From: a virus
Lineage: Duplodnaviria; Caudoviricetes
DNA length: 64,000 bases
Direction: 5' to 3' (one strand)
IMG/VR virus record: IMGVR_UViG_3300037424_001256
Coordinates: 1 to 64,000 of that record
Positions 28,069-37,701 of this stretch are shown here, piece by piece (position 1 is the stretch's first letter; the number at the start of each line of letters is the position of its first letter). Position numbers and translations under genes: made by a program. The notes below the pieces were generated by a model that was given only the letters and a program-made list of their open reading frames with translations, made no database searches and had not been told where the DNA came from.

Positions 28069-28992
28069 TTGGGGGGAAAAGCAATGGAATTCCATCCGAT
28101 ATGTGAGATATTCCCAAAAATGAATGACCAAGAATTCCTAGATTTGATTCAGGATATAGCGGTAAATGGACAGATTGAATCTATCAAAACTTATCAAGGT
28201 AAGATTATTGACGGTAGGAATAGGTTCTTAGCTTGTCAGAGGTTGAATGTAGAACCAGTTTTTAGTGAGTGGGATGGTAGGGGTTCGCTTGTCTCGTATG
28301 TGCTGAGCTTGAATCTAATTAGGAGACATTTAACGGCAAGTCAGGGAGCAGTAGTTGCAAATAAAATTCTTCCATTCAAGGAAGAAGAAGCGAGAGAGAG
28401 ACAAAAAACATTGGCAGGAACTAGACCAAATACAGATATAGACCTTAGTCAAAAAATTGACGAAGGTATTATTAAGGGAAGAGCAACAGAACAGGTTGCT
28501 CAAATGTTTGGAACAAATCGCCAATATGTTACCGATGTTAAGAAGATAAGTGAAAATGCTAAGGAACTAATTCCTTTTATTGAAGATGGGACATTAACAG
28601 TCCCAGAAGCAAAGATTATTTCAAGAGATGTTGAGCCAGAACGCAGACAGGAAGTTATCCAAAAGTTCAAAGATATTGATTCAGGTGGGAAAAAGCCCAA
28701 AGTTTTGGAGTTGGTCGGAGGTGAAAAGAAGGAAAAGAAGGTTGAAAAAGTAGATCCAAGAGATCCAGAAATTAAGGAATATGATGAATACATAGATAAA
28801 TGCGATAAGATTGCAGATGAATTTAGAGAGGTAATTTATCAATTCGTATTACTTGATGTGGATGATGGAAATTTAAACGCTTGGTCACAATTTTTAGATG
28901 CGAAAGATGTGATACAGGCAAACATTGATAATATGGAAATTATTTTATCTAAAGTTCTAAAGATTAAAAAATTTCTGAGGGGGTTAAAATAG
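28069..28992 (+). CDS. ParB-like N-terminal domain protein with HTH
   Basis: FHPICEIFP, IIDGRNR, SLNLIRRHLTASQ, VAQMFGTNRQYV. Confidence 0.8.
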   Translation: MGGKAMEFHPICEIFPKMNDQEFLDLIQDIAVNGQIESIKTYQGKIIDGRNRFLACQRLNVEPVFSEWDGRGSLVSYVLSLNLIRRHLTASQGAVVANKILPFKEEEARERQKTLAGTRPNTDIDLSQKIDEGIIKGRATEQVAQMFGTNRQYVTDVKKISENAKELIPFIEDGTLTVPEAKIISRDVEPERRQEVIQKFKDIDSGGKKPKVLELVGGEKKEKKVEKVDPRDPEIKEYDEYIDKCDKIADEFREVIYQFVLLDVDDGNLNAWSQFLDAKDVIQANIDNMEIILSKVLKIKKFLRGLK

Positions 28993-29451
28993 GTGGCTAT
29001 ACAAAATGTCCGAAGACCAAGAACGGATAAAAAGGTTAAAGAAAGAATCGAAATCTTAATTAAAGATGGAAAAGCTAGATCAAGGGAAGAATTATACGAA
29101 ATCATGGAACCATATTATCAGGAAGACCCAGAGGCATCCAAATACAGAGATTTTAGATGTTGGTGTAATGGTATTTTGGCAAGTTTTAAGGATGAAGATG
29201 GAGTAAGATCATGTTTGAATTTTAAAAAAGTAACAAAGAAAAAGGGGAAAGTAATTAAAAGTGAATCCAGATGGGTTGATATAGACACAACGAAAGACCT
29301 CAAAGCATTAAAGGAAATTGAAAAATCTTTAGATAAAAAAAGAGCTGGAATCACGAATACACAAATGAAAGTTAATAAGAGATACAAAAAAGTTCATAAA
29401 GACCAACAAAGATTTAATTTTGATAAAGGAACGGTTGAGAGTGGAGAGTAA
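28993..29451 (+). CDS. basic hypothetical protein
   Basis: Abuts the ParB-like gene; Lys-rich. Confidence 0.6.
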   Translation: MAIQNVRRPRTDKKVKERIEILIKDGKARSREELYEIMEPYYQEDPEASKYRDFRCWCNGILASFKDEDGVRSCLNFKKVTKKKGKVIKSESRWVDIDTTKDLKALKEIEKSLDKKRAGITNTQMKVNKRYKKVHKDQQRFNFDKGTVESGE

Positions 29452-29476
29452 GGATTAAAGAGAGGGTGAGGAACTT

Positions 29477-30565
29477 TTGATTCCCTACGCCAAGCACAAA
29501 CTGGAAGCTGAGGACATCATTGAAGTCATGAGAGCATTGCAAGGACCAAGTATAACTCAAGGCACCATGATTGATTGGTTTGAAGATGTTTTCAGGGAAG
29601 CAGTAGGAGCCAAATACGCAGTAGCAGTATCAAGTGGTACCGCAGCACTTCATGCTTCATTGATGGCAATCGGGATTGGTCCCGGTGATGAAGTCATTGT
29701 ACCATCCATGACATTTGTCGCAACGGCGAACGTAGTCAAGTATCTTAATGCTACTCCTATATTTGCAGACATTGATCCTGAAACATTATTGGTAGATCCA
29801 GAAGATATTGAAAAGAAGATTACAAATAAAACCAGAGCTATAATAGTTGTGGATTTTTCTGGTCAACCAGTAGATTATTCTGCTATAAAAGAAATTTGCG
29901 AGAGATATCATCTAATCCTGATTGCGGATGCTTGCCATAGCTTGGGAGCAACTTATAAAGGTGAAAAAGTTGGTAAACTGGCAGATCTTAATTGCTTTAG
30001 CTTACATGCTACTAAACTAATAACCAGCGCCGAAGGTGGAGTAATTACAACGGATGACAAATGTTATTACGATAAAATGAGAGCTTTTCGTAACCATGGG
30101 AGAATAGATGGAGACATGATGTTGCTTGGATATAATTACCGAATGACTCATCTACAGGCGGCGTTATGTATTAACCAAATCAAGAGAATACCAAATTTAG
30201 TTGCAGTAAGGCAAACTATAGCTGAATTTTACGATAATCAACTTAAGGAATTAGGAATAAAATCCTTGAAGCAGAAGGTAGATCGGACAAATGCAAGGCA
30301 TATATATGTGATATTCGCCAAGCATCGCGAAGCATTAAGGTCAAAGTTAGAGATTTATGGCATTGGTAGTCAAATACATTACAAACCGATTACATTACAG
30401 AGCTATTATGATTGTCCCGGATCTACTCCGAGGGCTGAAGATATATGGAGAAGCATACTAACGATCCCTTTATATCATCACTTAATTGAAGGTGAGCAAA
30501 AAACTATAATTAGGGCATTAAAATCGGCAAGTGAATACGTAGAGAACTATAAAGAAAAGCAATGA
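29477..30565 (+). CDS. pseC: PLP-dependent DegT/DnrJ sugar aminotransferase (PseC-like)
   Basis: MIPYAKH, AVSSGTAALH, VPSMTFVATAN, DACHSLGA, FSLHATKLITSAEGG, GYNYRM. Confidence 0.92.
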   Translation: MIPYAKHKLEAEDIIEVMRALQGPSITQGTMIDWFEDVFREAVGAKYAVAVSSGTAALHASLMAIGIGPGDEVIVPSMTFVATANVVKYLNATPIFADIDPETLLVDPEDIEKKITNKTRAIIVVDFSGQPVDYSAIKEICERYHLILIADACHSLGATYKGEKVGKLADLNCFSLHATKLITSAEGGVITTDDKCYYDKMRAFRNHGRIDGDMMLLGYNYRMTHLQAALCINQIKRIPNLVAVRQTIAEFYDNQLKELGIKSLKQKVDRTNARHIYVIFAKHREALRSKLEIYGIGSQIHYKPITLQSYYDCPGSTPRAEDIWRSILTIPLYHHLIEGEQKTIIRALKSASEYVENYKEKQ

Positions 30566-30604
30566 TATAATATTTGCTTTTCTTTATTTTTTGGAGGAAA
30601 AGCG

Positions 30605-31168
30605 ATGAGATTAACGGAGGGGCAACAGAAAATTGTTGAAGACAACATTAGGCTAGCTGGTTACATGACTCAGAAATGGATTAAAAAAGGTGTACGCAAT
30701 ATCGACCAAGATGAGATATTTTCCCTGTTTTCCTTTGCGCTCTGCAAGGCAGCAGCTACCTTTGATCCAAATCGGGGAGCTAAATTCGCAACGTATGCTG
30801 GACGTTGTATGGAAAACGAACTAAAAATGGAATTTAGGAGAAAAGATAGAGGCGGGGGAGAAAATTCAGAGATTACATTTGGGACAGTTATTAAGTCAGA
30901 TGAAAATGGAGGCGAAGTTGAACTCCATGAAGTCCTTAGAGATGACTCCTATCTTGAATACGATAGAATTATTGATGTTATGTATGCGAAAGAAGCCCTT
31001 ATGATCTTGAGTGACAGGGATATGGCAATCCTCAAGGGTAAATATTTTTTCGAGGAAACACAAAGATCAATTGCAGGAAGACTTAATATTTCTCAATCGT
31101 ATGTTAGTAGAATTGAAAAGAAGATATTACGTAGGTTGAGGCAATGGAATAGAGGTAAAGTATCTTGA
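30605..31168 (+). CDS. sporulation-type (SigE/SigK-like) sigma factor 2, embedded in the sugar cluster
   Basis: KFATYAGRCMENELKM; TQRSIAGRLNISQSYVSRIEKKIL. Confidence 0.87.
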   Translation: MRLTEGQQKIVEDNIRLAGYMTQKWIKKGVRNIDQDEIFSLFSFALCKAAATFDPNRGAKFATYAGRCMENELKMEFRRKDRGGGENSEITFGTVIKSDENGGEVELHEVLRDDSYLEYDRIIDVMYAKEALMILSDRDMAILKGKYFFEETQRSIAGRLNISQSYVSRIEKKILRRLRQWNRGKVS

Positions 31169-31186
31169 GTGGTGGGGTAAATTATT

Positions 31187-31696
31187 ATGAGATCAAGCTT
31201 AAAGAAGTTTATCATTAGAACTTTAGGATTACGAGAAAATATATTTCATCCCCTCGTCCTTATTAATGGTGATCCAGACATAGGGGAAAATGTTTACATA
31301 GGAGCTTTGTCTGAAATAAATTCCAAGGGTGCGAGGGTATCCATTGGTATGAATTCTGATATAGCTTCTTTTGTCAGTATTAATGTTGCTGACAGTCACA
31401 AAAGATGTATAGGCATTCAGGATAATATAGAACGAAGAGATATCATAATTGGGAATAATGTGTTTATTGGATCTCATTCACTTATTAAAGGTGGTGCTAT
31501 AATTGGAGATTACTCCGTTATTGCTTCTGGTACGATAGTAGATGGAGGAACTATTCCACCATATTCTCTTGTCCATGGGAATCCCATGAAAATAAAGGTA
31601 GGTTATTACTTTGAAAAGGTCAATCCCACACAACAGACCAACATTAGGAAAAGAGGAGGAGAGGGCATCTATCCGGGCTTTAAGGTCTGGGATTAA
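31187..31696 (+). CDS. hexapeptide-repeat (LbH) acyltransferase
   Basis: IGENVYIG, IGMNSDIA, IIIGNNVFIG, IGDYSVIASG, VHGNP. Confidence 0.85.
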   Translation: MRSSLKKFIIRTLGLRENIFHPLVLINGDPDIGENVYIGALSEINSKGARVSIGMNSDIASFVSINVADSHKRCIGIQDNIERRDIIIGNNVFIGSHSLIKGGAIIGDYSVIASGTIVDGGTIPPYSLVHGNPMKIKVGYYFEKVNPTQQTNIRKRGGEGIYPGFKVWD

Positions 31697-32588
31697 TCAG
31701 GGAAAAGAAGTTAAAGCTTTCGAAGATGAATTATGTGAATATCTGGGATTACCAGAAGATCATGCAGTAATGGTAAGTAGTGGAACGGCAGCTCTTTATT
31801 TAGCAGTTAGGCATATAAAAAAGAGAGAAATAACTTATCCAATATATAGTTTCCCTAGTGTCAGGAATGCTATCCTAATGGCAAATCGTCAACCAATTGA
31901 AACTGAATTGTCAGATCCAAATCAAGATATATTTTGCCATATGTTTGGAAATGTAAATACCACATTAACCTACCCAATGAGAAGAGGGAAAATTTTTATT
32001 GAAGACGCAACTCAAGCATTGGGAGCTAAAGCGGGATCAGATTTTATTGGGACACTTGGAACCTATGGAGTATTTTCTTTTGCATCAACAAGGATCATAA
32101 CTAGTGGTGGACAGGGTGGAGCAGTTGTTTCAATGAATAAATCAAGGATAGATGAAATCAGAGATTTACGTGACCTTGATATACGTAATGATACAAAACA
32201 GAGATTTAATTTTGGAATGACAGATTTACAAGCAGCGATAGGGCGTGAGCAATTAAAGAAGATTGATAATTTTCTTGAACGTCGAGAAGAAATATTCCAA
32301 AAATATCTCAATGGTGGTCTTGATCTACTAAGAAATAAAAATGAATATATCACAGATGTCAGATATGGTGCCATTGTAAGGGCGCATAAACCCTTAAAAA
32401 TGATAACAGATCTAGGAAGGAGGGGAGTAAGGGCTTTAATTCCAATTGAAGATCTTGAAGTACCGAATGCTAAAATGTTTCACCAATCATATGCTCTAAC
32501 TAAAAATAGAGTTTCTTTACCTATTTACCCAACTTTGACAGATAAATATGTCGATTTGATTATTTCAGTAGCAAGAAAATATATCTAA
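31611..32588 (+). CDS. second DegT/DnrJ-family protein with the catalytic Lys apparently replaced by Arg
   Basis: MVSSGTAALY, IEDATQALGA, FSFASTRIITSGGQGG, FNFGMTDLQAAIG. Confidence 0.85.
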   Translation: MKRSIPHNRPTLGKEEERASIRALRSGINQGKEVKAFEDELCEYLGLPEDHAVMVSSGTAALYLAVRHIKKREITYPIYSFPSVRNAILMANRQPIETELSDPNQDIFCHMFGNVNTTLTYPMRRGKIFIEDATQALGAKAGSDFIGTLGTYGVFSFASTRIITSGGQGGAVVSMNKSRIDEIRDLRDLDIRNDTKQRFNFGMTDLQAAIGREQLKKIDNFLERREEIFQKYLNGGLDLLRNKNEYITDVRYGAIVRAHKPLKMITDLGRRGVRALIPIEDLEVPNAKMFHQSYALTKNRVSLPIYPTLTDKYVDLIISVARKYI

Positions 32589-32617
32589 AATGTTATAACT
32601 ATAGGGGGAAGAGTAAA

Positions 32618-33691
32618 CTGAAGATTATTAGTAGTCTAAAACAAACTATAAGCATTAATAAGAGCGATATCGGAGATGGATATCCAGTATTTATTGTTGC
32701 AGAAGTTGGAGTCACGGCAAATGGCTCACTAGAAAAAGGTAAATCATTAATTGAAATAGCTAAAAATTCAGGTGCAGATGCCGTAAAGTTTCAAACGATA
32801 GATTGTGATGATTTTATGGCAGATAAATCTGTTCTTTATAAATACGAGACACTAGAAGGATTCAAGGAAGAGAACATGTATGAAATGCTCAAGAAGAACA
32901 GATTTACGCAGAGTGAACTTATTGAATTATCTAGATATGCAAGGAAATTAGGAATTATATTCTACTTATCTGTTGATAGTATTAGGAGTGTTCAATGGGC
33001 CGATAATGCAAATTCAGCAACTTATAAAATAGGCTCTTGGGATTTGCGTAATTATCCCTTGCTTGAAGCAGTAGCTAAAAGTGGAAAATCAATCCAAATT
33101 GATTTAGGACCAGTTATTTTAGGCGAAATCGTGCAGATGCTTGAATTCCTAGAGTTTCATGGAGCGACAGAGATTATGCTTGTTCATTGTAGTCATGCAA
33201 GTAAATTGTCTAATCTAAATCTAAAAAGTATTACATATCTCAAAGATATGTTTAATGTTCCAGTAGGATACTCCGCAGATACTAGAGAGATAATACCTGA
33301 TATAACAGCAATATCTTTAGGTGCAAAAATGATTGAGAAAAGACTCACCTTAAGTCGTAACGAATTAGGCCACCATCATATTAAGGCTCTTGAGCCAAAA
33401 GAATTTATGGATTGGGTGGATATTATTCGAAAAACTGAAGCGACATTAGGACTTAAGAAATTAATACCTTCCTACGAGGATCTTTCAATCAAAAATCTAT
33501 ATTTCACTAGTATAGCTACTACCAGAGAAATAGCAGAAGGTGAATTCATAACGAAAGATATGCTTGGTGCAAAAAGACCGGGAACAGGTGTTTCTCCTTT
33601 ATATATGGATCAAATCATAGGTAAACGTACTAATAGATCATTTCAGGAGAATGAAATCATTGCTTGGGATGATTGGGGTAGTTTCAAATGA
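32618..33691 (+). CDS. NeuB/PseI/SpsE-family nonulosonate synthase 1 with SAF domain (probable CTG start)
   Basis: Frame open upstream of ATG 32816: FIVAEVGVTANGSLE..ADAVKFQT; YKIGS, GYSAD, IEKRLTL, KRPGTG; GGGGGAAG RBS before CTG 32618. Confidence 0.88.
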   Translation: MKIISSLKQTISINKSDIGDGYPVFIVAEVGVTANGSLEKGKSLIEIAKNSGADAVKFQTIDCDDFMADKSVLYKYETLEGFKEENMYEMLKKNRFTQSELIELSRYARKLGIIFYLSVDSIRSVQWADNANSATYKIGSWDLRNYPLLEAVAKSGKSIQIDLGPVILGEIVQMLEFLEFHGATEIMLVHCSHASKLSNLNLKSITYLKDMFNVPVGYSADTREIIPDITAISLGAKMIEKRLTLSRNELGHHHIKALEPKEFMDWVDIIRKTEATLGLKKLIPSYEDLSIKNLYFTSIATTREIAEGEFITKDMLGAKRPGTGVSPLYMDQIIGKRTNRSFQENEIIAWDDWGSFK

Positions 33692-34737
33692 AATTAATTG
33701 AAATTGATGGAAAATTTATATCAAATAATTCAATTTATACTATTGTAGAGTCCGGGATAAACCACAACGGTAGCATACAAACTGCTTACCAAATGATTGA
33801 AGTTGCGAAGGAATCTGGAGCAGATGCAATAAAATTCCAGACATTCAGGGCAGATGAATTTTGCGATAAAGAATCTTATCTATATCCAATTTTCAAAAAG
33901 TGTGAAATAAGATCGGATCATTGGCAGTATATCAAAGAAAGGTGCGATTTATTTAAAATAACATTTCTCTCAACCCCCCAGAACTTTTCGGACCTTGAAA
34001 TTTTATTGGGTTGTGGTGTTAAGGCAATTAAAATAGGATCTGATGATTTGACCAATGTTTCATTAATCAGGAAATATTCAGAAACTAAATTACCGATAAT
34101 ACTATCTTGCGGTATGGCTGATGAGTCGGAAATTAATATTGCAACTGAAACAATTAGGGAGTATGAGAGACACTATCCTTTGATATTAATGCATTGCACG
34201 TCATCTTATCCCACGTTTCCCAAAGATGTAAACATGAGGAAGTTAATTAGAATGGGAGTAAAGTATCCCGAAATGATACTTGGGTATTCTGACCACACAT
34301 ATGGACATATAGCTAGTGTCCTTGCGGTAGCATATGGTGCAAGAGTATTTGAAACACACTTTACGCTGGATAATAACTATATAGGACCAGATCATGAATT
34401 TAGTAAAAATCCAAAAGCACTGAAGATATGGGTCAATTCTATACGTGAAGCTTATGATATGCTTGGTAACAGTGATTTAAGGCCAACTAAGCAAGAAGAA
34501 GATATGAGGATTGTTGCGAGAAGAACTATAACTGCAATTAAAGATATCAGAAAGGGTGATATCTTCACTGATAAAAATATCGGTATGATGCGTCCTGCTG
34601 TTGGCTTACCATCATTGTATCTTCCGGTATTTTTGAATGCCGAAGCAGGGAGAGATATTGATATAGGGGAAAAATTGCGAAAAGAAGATATTGCATACCA
34701 AAAAATGATGAATAATCCAAAGCATTTCTCTGAGTGA
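33688..34737 (+). CDS. neuB: NeuB/PseI/SpsE-family nonulosonate synthase 2 with SAF domain
   Basis: ESGINHNGS, ADAIKFQTF, KIGS, HCTSSYP, GYSDHT, ETHFTLD, GPDH, MRPAVG. Confidence 0.92.
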   Translation: MKLIEIDGKFISNNSIYTIVESGINHNGSIQTAYQMIEVAKESGADAIKFQTFRADEFCDKESYLYPIFKKCEIRSDHWQYIKERCDLFKITFLSTPQNFSDLEILLGCGVKAIKIGSDDLTNVSLIRKYSETKLPIILSCGMADESEINIATETIREYERHYPLILMHCTSSYPTFPKDVNMRKLIRMGVKYPEMILGYSDHTYGHIASVLAVAYGARVFETHFTLDNNYIGPDHEFSKNPKALKIWVNSIREAYDMLGNSDLRPTKQEEDMRIVARRTITAIKDIRKGDIFTDKNIGMMRPAVGLPSLYLPVFLNAEAGRDIDIGEKLRKEDIAYQKMMNNPKHFSE

Positions 34738-34753
34738 AAAGAGGGATAAGTTA

Positions 34754-35470
34754 ATGATTCTCGTAGATCATCAAACTTCTTATTTACCATGGCTTGGGTT
34801 TTTTCATAGATTATCTTTGGCAGATAAGTATATTAATTTTGATCAAGTTCAATACTCACCGCGTAATTGGATAAATCGAAACAGGATTAAGGTTAAGGAT
34901 AGGTTCCAGTGGCTTACTATACCTATTTTGTCTTCTGGACATCGAGGTAAAGTCGTTGCTGATATGGAGATAAATAACCAGACAAGATGGCGAGAAAAAC
35001 ATTGGGGAACGATCCAACATGCATATAAAAAATCACCATACTTTAATGAATACGCTGGTTTTTTTGAAGATCTTTATAAAATGGAATGGCAATATCTCAT
35101 AGACATAAATGAATACATGCTTAAGTGGTTCGTAAAAACATTAGGCATAACGATAGAGTTGGATGATGCTGTAAATTATAAGTTTATAGGATCTAAAAGT
35201 GATCTTATTTTAGATATGTGCAAACAGTTGAATACGGATATCTATATATTTGGTGGAGAAGGTAAAAATTACGCAGATATTAAATCTTTCGAGAAGGAAA
35301 ATATTAAAACTTATTTCCAAGAGTATAAGCATCCTGAATACAATCAAAGATTCGGTAAATTTATTCCAAATTTGAGTATTATAGATCTGTTATTCAATGA
35401 GGGTCCGAAATCACTTGAAATAATAAAAAATGGTAACGTTACAAAAGAAACTTTAATGGAGATGATTTAA
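34754..35470 (+). CDS. wbqC: WbqC-family protein
   Basis: HQTSYLPWLGFF, DQVQY..WINRNRI, YKHPEYNQ, PNLSIIDLLFNEG. Confidence 0.9.
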   Translation: MILVDHQTSYLPWLGFFHRLSLADKYINFDQVQYSPRNWINRNRIKVKDRFQWLTIPILSSGHRGKVVADMEINNQTRWREKHWGTIQHAYKKSPYFNEYAGFFEDLYKMEWQYLIDINEYMLKWFVKTLGITIELDDAVNYKFIGSKSDLILDMCKQLNTDIYIFGGEGKNYADIKSFEKENIKTYFQEYKHPEYNQRFGKFIPNLSIIDLLFNEGPKSLEIIKNGNVTKETLMEMI

Positions 35471-36144
35471 TGTTCTCTGAGGCATGGGAGGGAAGGTTTT
35501 CCCAAGGAAAAAGCCATTCATTGTTTCCTTGGACGGATTTAATATCTTATATTTCCAAGTATAGAAAAATAGAAAGGGGGGATAAGGTATTAGAACTTGG
35601 TCCGGGTGTTGGGGCCAATATCCCATATTTCTTATCAAGGGGTGCTGAATACTATGCTATTGAGGGTAGTAAAACTGCAGTATCAGAAATTATCAAGAGG
35701 TTCCCAGAACTTAAGGATAGGATAGTGGTAGGAGATTTTACGGAAGCTATTCCGTTTCCAGATAAATTCAAATTGGTAATTGATAGGGGTTCAATTACCC
35801 ACAATTCTACCGTAGGGATACAAAAAGCATTAAAGATGGTTCACGATAAACTAGATAATGATGGAAAATATTTCGGAATAGATTGGTTTTCATGGTTTCA
35901 CGGAGAAAGACCAAGGGGTAAAAATGAAGATGATATTTACACCTACTCATTTGAAGATGGGAAACTCGAAGGTCATGGCAAGGTTCATTTCAGCACAAAA
36001 AGTCATTTATTTGAAATGTTTATCGATGCAGATATCAGAATTGAGGTATTACATCATAAGACTATTCAAGGAAAGCTGATTAGTGATGATCCTGAAAATA
36101 TTCAAGCAACATGGAATGTAGTGGGTAGAAAAATGAAAGCTTGA
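35470..36144 (+). CDS. class I SAM-dependent methyltransferase
   Basis: KVLELGPGVGAN, YAIEGS, VIDRGSITH. Confidence 0.85.
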   Translation: MFSEAWEGRFSQGKSHSLFPWTDLISYISKYRKIERGDKVLELGPGVGANIPYFLSRGAEYYAIEGSKTAVSEIIKRFPELKDRIVVGDFTEAIPFPDKFKLVIDRGSITHNSTVGIQKALKMVHDKLDNDGKYFGIDWFSWFHGERPRGKNEDDIYTYSFEDGKLEGHGKVHFSTKSHLFEMFIDADIRIEVLHHKTIQGKLISDDPENIQATWNVVGRKMKA

Positions 36145-36154
36145 GGAATTAAAT

Positions 36155-36853
36155 ATGAAATCCATGGCTATTATACCTGCAAGAAGTGGGTCAAAAAGAC
36201 TTCCCGGCAAAAACCTTTGTAAGATAAATGACAAAACTCTTCTTGAGTATGCAATAGAAGCAAGTTTGAGTAGCGCTATTTTCTCGGACATAATTGTAAC
36301 TAGTAATGATCCAGAACTTCTAGATTTGGTAGCTACTAAGTTTGGCGATAAAGTTCTCTATCACTTGAGGCCGTCCAGTTTAAGTCAAGACGATAGCATG
36401 TTAAAGACTCTATTAAAATATCTTATTGAATTATATGAAAATGAATCAAAAAACTTGGACTTGGTTATGGCTTTAATTTTGCCTACTTCTCCATTGCGAA
36501 CTTCAGAAGATATCAGATCTGCGTCAGCGCTCATGAAGAAAAACTTTGAAAATATTAATGGAGTCATGAGTGTTTCAAGATTAAGATATCCTCCACAACA
36601 CAGTTTATTAGTAGATAAAGATGGGTTTGTTCAACTTATGCACCCAGAGTATGTGGATATACAGAGTCAAAATTTAGAACCAGCATATATCCATGATGGA
36701 TCTATCATCATCGTAAAGCCTAAACAGTTTCTCAAGTATGGGGATTTTTATATGCCGGGAATTATTCCATTTTATATCGACGAAAATAGGGCAATTGATA
36801 TAAATACAGAGTTTGATTTGAAATTAGCCAGATATTTGATGAAGGAGAAGTGA
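36155..36853 (+). CDS. neuA: acylneuraminate cytidylyltransferase (NeuA/PseF/SpsF-like)
   Basis: AIIPARSGSKRLPGKN, RPSSLSQD, PTSPLR, IDINTEFDL. Confidence 0.92.
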   Translation: MKSMAIIPARSGSKRLPGKNLCKINDKTLLEYAIEASLSSAIFSDIIVTSNDPELLDLVATKFGDKVLYHLRPSSLSQDDSMLKTLLKYLIELYENESKNLDLVMALILPTSPLRTSEDIRSASALMKKNFENINGVMSVSRLRYPPQHSLLVDKDGFVQLMHPEYVDIQSQNLEPAYIHDGSIIIVKPKQFLKYGDFYMPGIIPFYIDENRAIDINTEFDLKLARYLMKEK

Positions 36854-36869
36854 AGATGGACGGTGATAC

Positions 36870-37574
36870 ATGACTAAGATTTTGGTGGTTTGCGCTCACC
36901 CAGATGATGAAGTTCTCGGATGTGGTGGCATGTTAGCAAGATTAACTAGGATTGATAAGCAAGAAGTCTTTATTGGGTATCTTAGTTATGGACTTACATC
37001 TCGGATTAATACCCCGGAACTTGATGAAGTGGAAAAGGAAAGAGTCAAGGAAAAAAGTAGAAAAGCTATTGAAGTATTAACAGGTTTACCAAGGCCAATC
37101 ATTAAAAAGAATCTCAGATTCGCAAATTATCCAGACAATATGTTTGATAGCGTCCCATTGTTGCAGATTACAAAGGTTATCGAAGGTTGGGTTGATGAAA
37201 TTAAGCCAGATGTTATATTTACTCATTCCAATAAAGATCTAAACATAGATCATAGGATTACGCATGGTGCCGTATTGACAGCTACAAGACCAATTCATGG
37301 TGAGCACATAGTCAAAACGATCTATTCTTTTCAAATTCCCTCAAGCACAGAATGGTCATTTGGTAATTATGGAAAATTTAATCCGAATGTTTTCTTGAAT
37401 GTAACAGGGTTCCTGCACAACAAACAAGAGGCTCTAGAATGTTACGATACCGAGGTGAGGGAATTTCCACATCCACGTAACTTATTGGCGATATATTACT
37501 CAGCTCATCTAGCTGGTTCTGTAGTAGGAATGGCTGAAGCTGAAGCGTTTGAGTTAATCAGGGGGTTAATTTAA
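36870..37574 (+). CDS. PIG-L/LmbE-family deacetylase
   Basis: VCAHPDDEVLGCGG, FTHSNKDLNIDH, SSTEW, HPRN, AEAF. Confidence 0.9.
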   Translation: MTKILVVCAHPDDEVLGCGGMLARLTRIDKQEVFIGYLSYGLTSRINTPELDEVEKERVKEKSRKAIEVLTGLPRPIIKKNLRFANYPDNMFDSVPLLQITKVIEGWVDEIKPDVIFTHSNKDLNIDHRITHGAVLTATRPIHGEHIVKTIYSFQIPSSTEWSFGNYGKFNPNVFLNVTGFLHNKQEALECYDTEVREFPHPRNLLAIYYSAHLAGSVVGMAEAEAFELIRGLI

Positions 37575-37701
37575 TAATTAGTGGGGCGACTCTAGGGATC
37601 GTGCTGCTTCCGCACTCACTATTCCGAGTAACTAGGGGAGTTGCAGACGCATAAGGGGCGAAGAGCGTCATTGATAAAATAGTTTATAAGGGTGATAAAC
37701 T

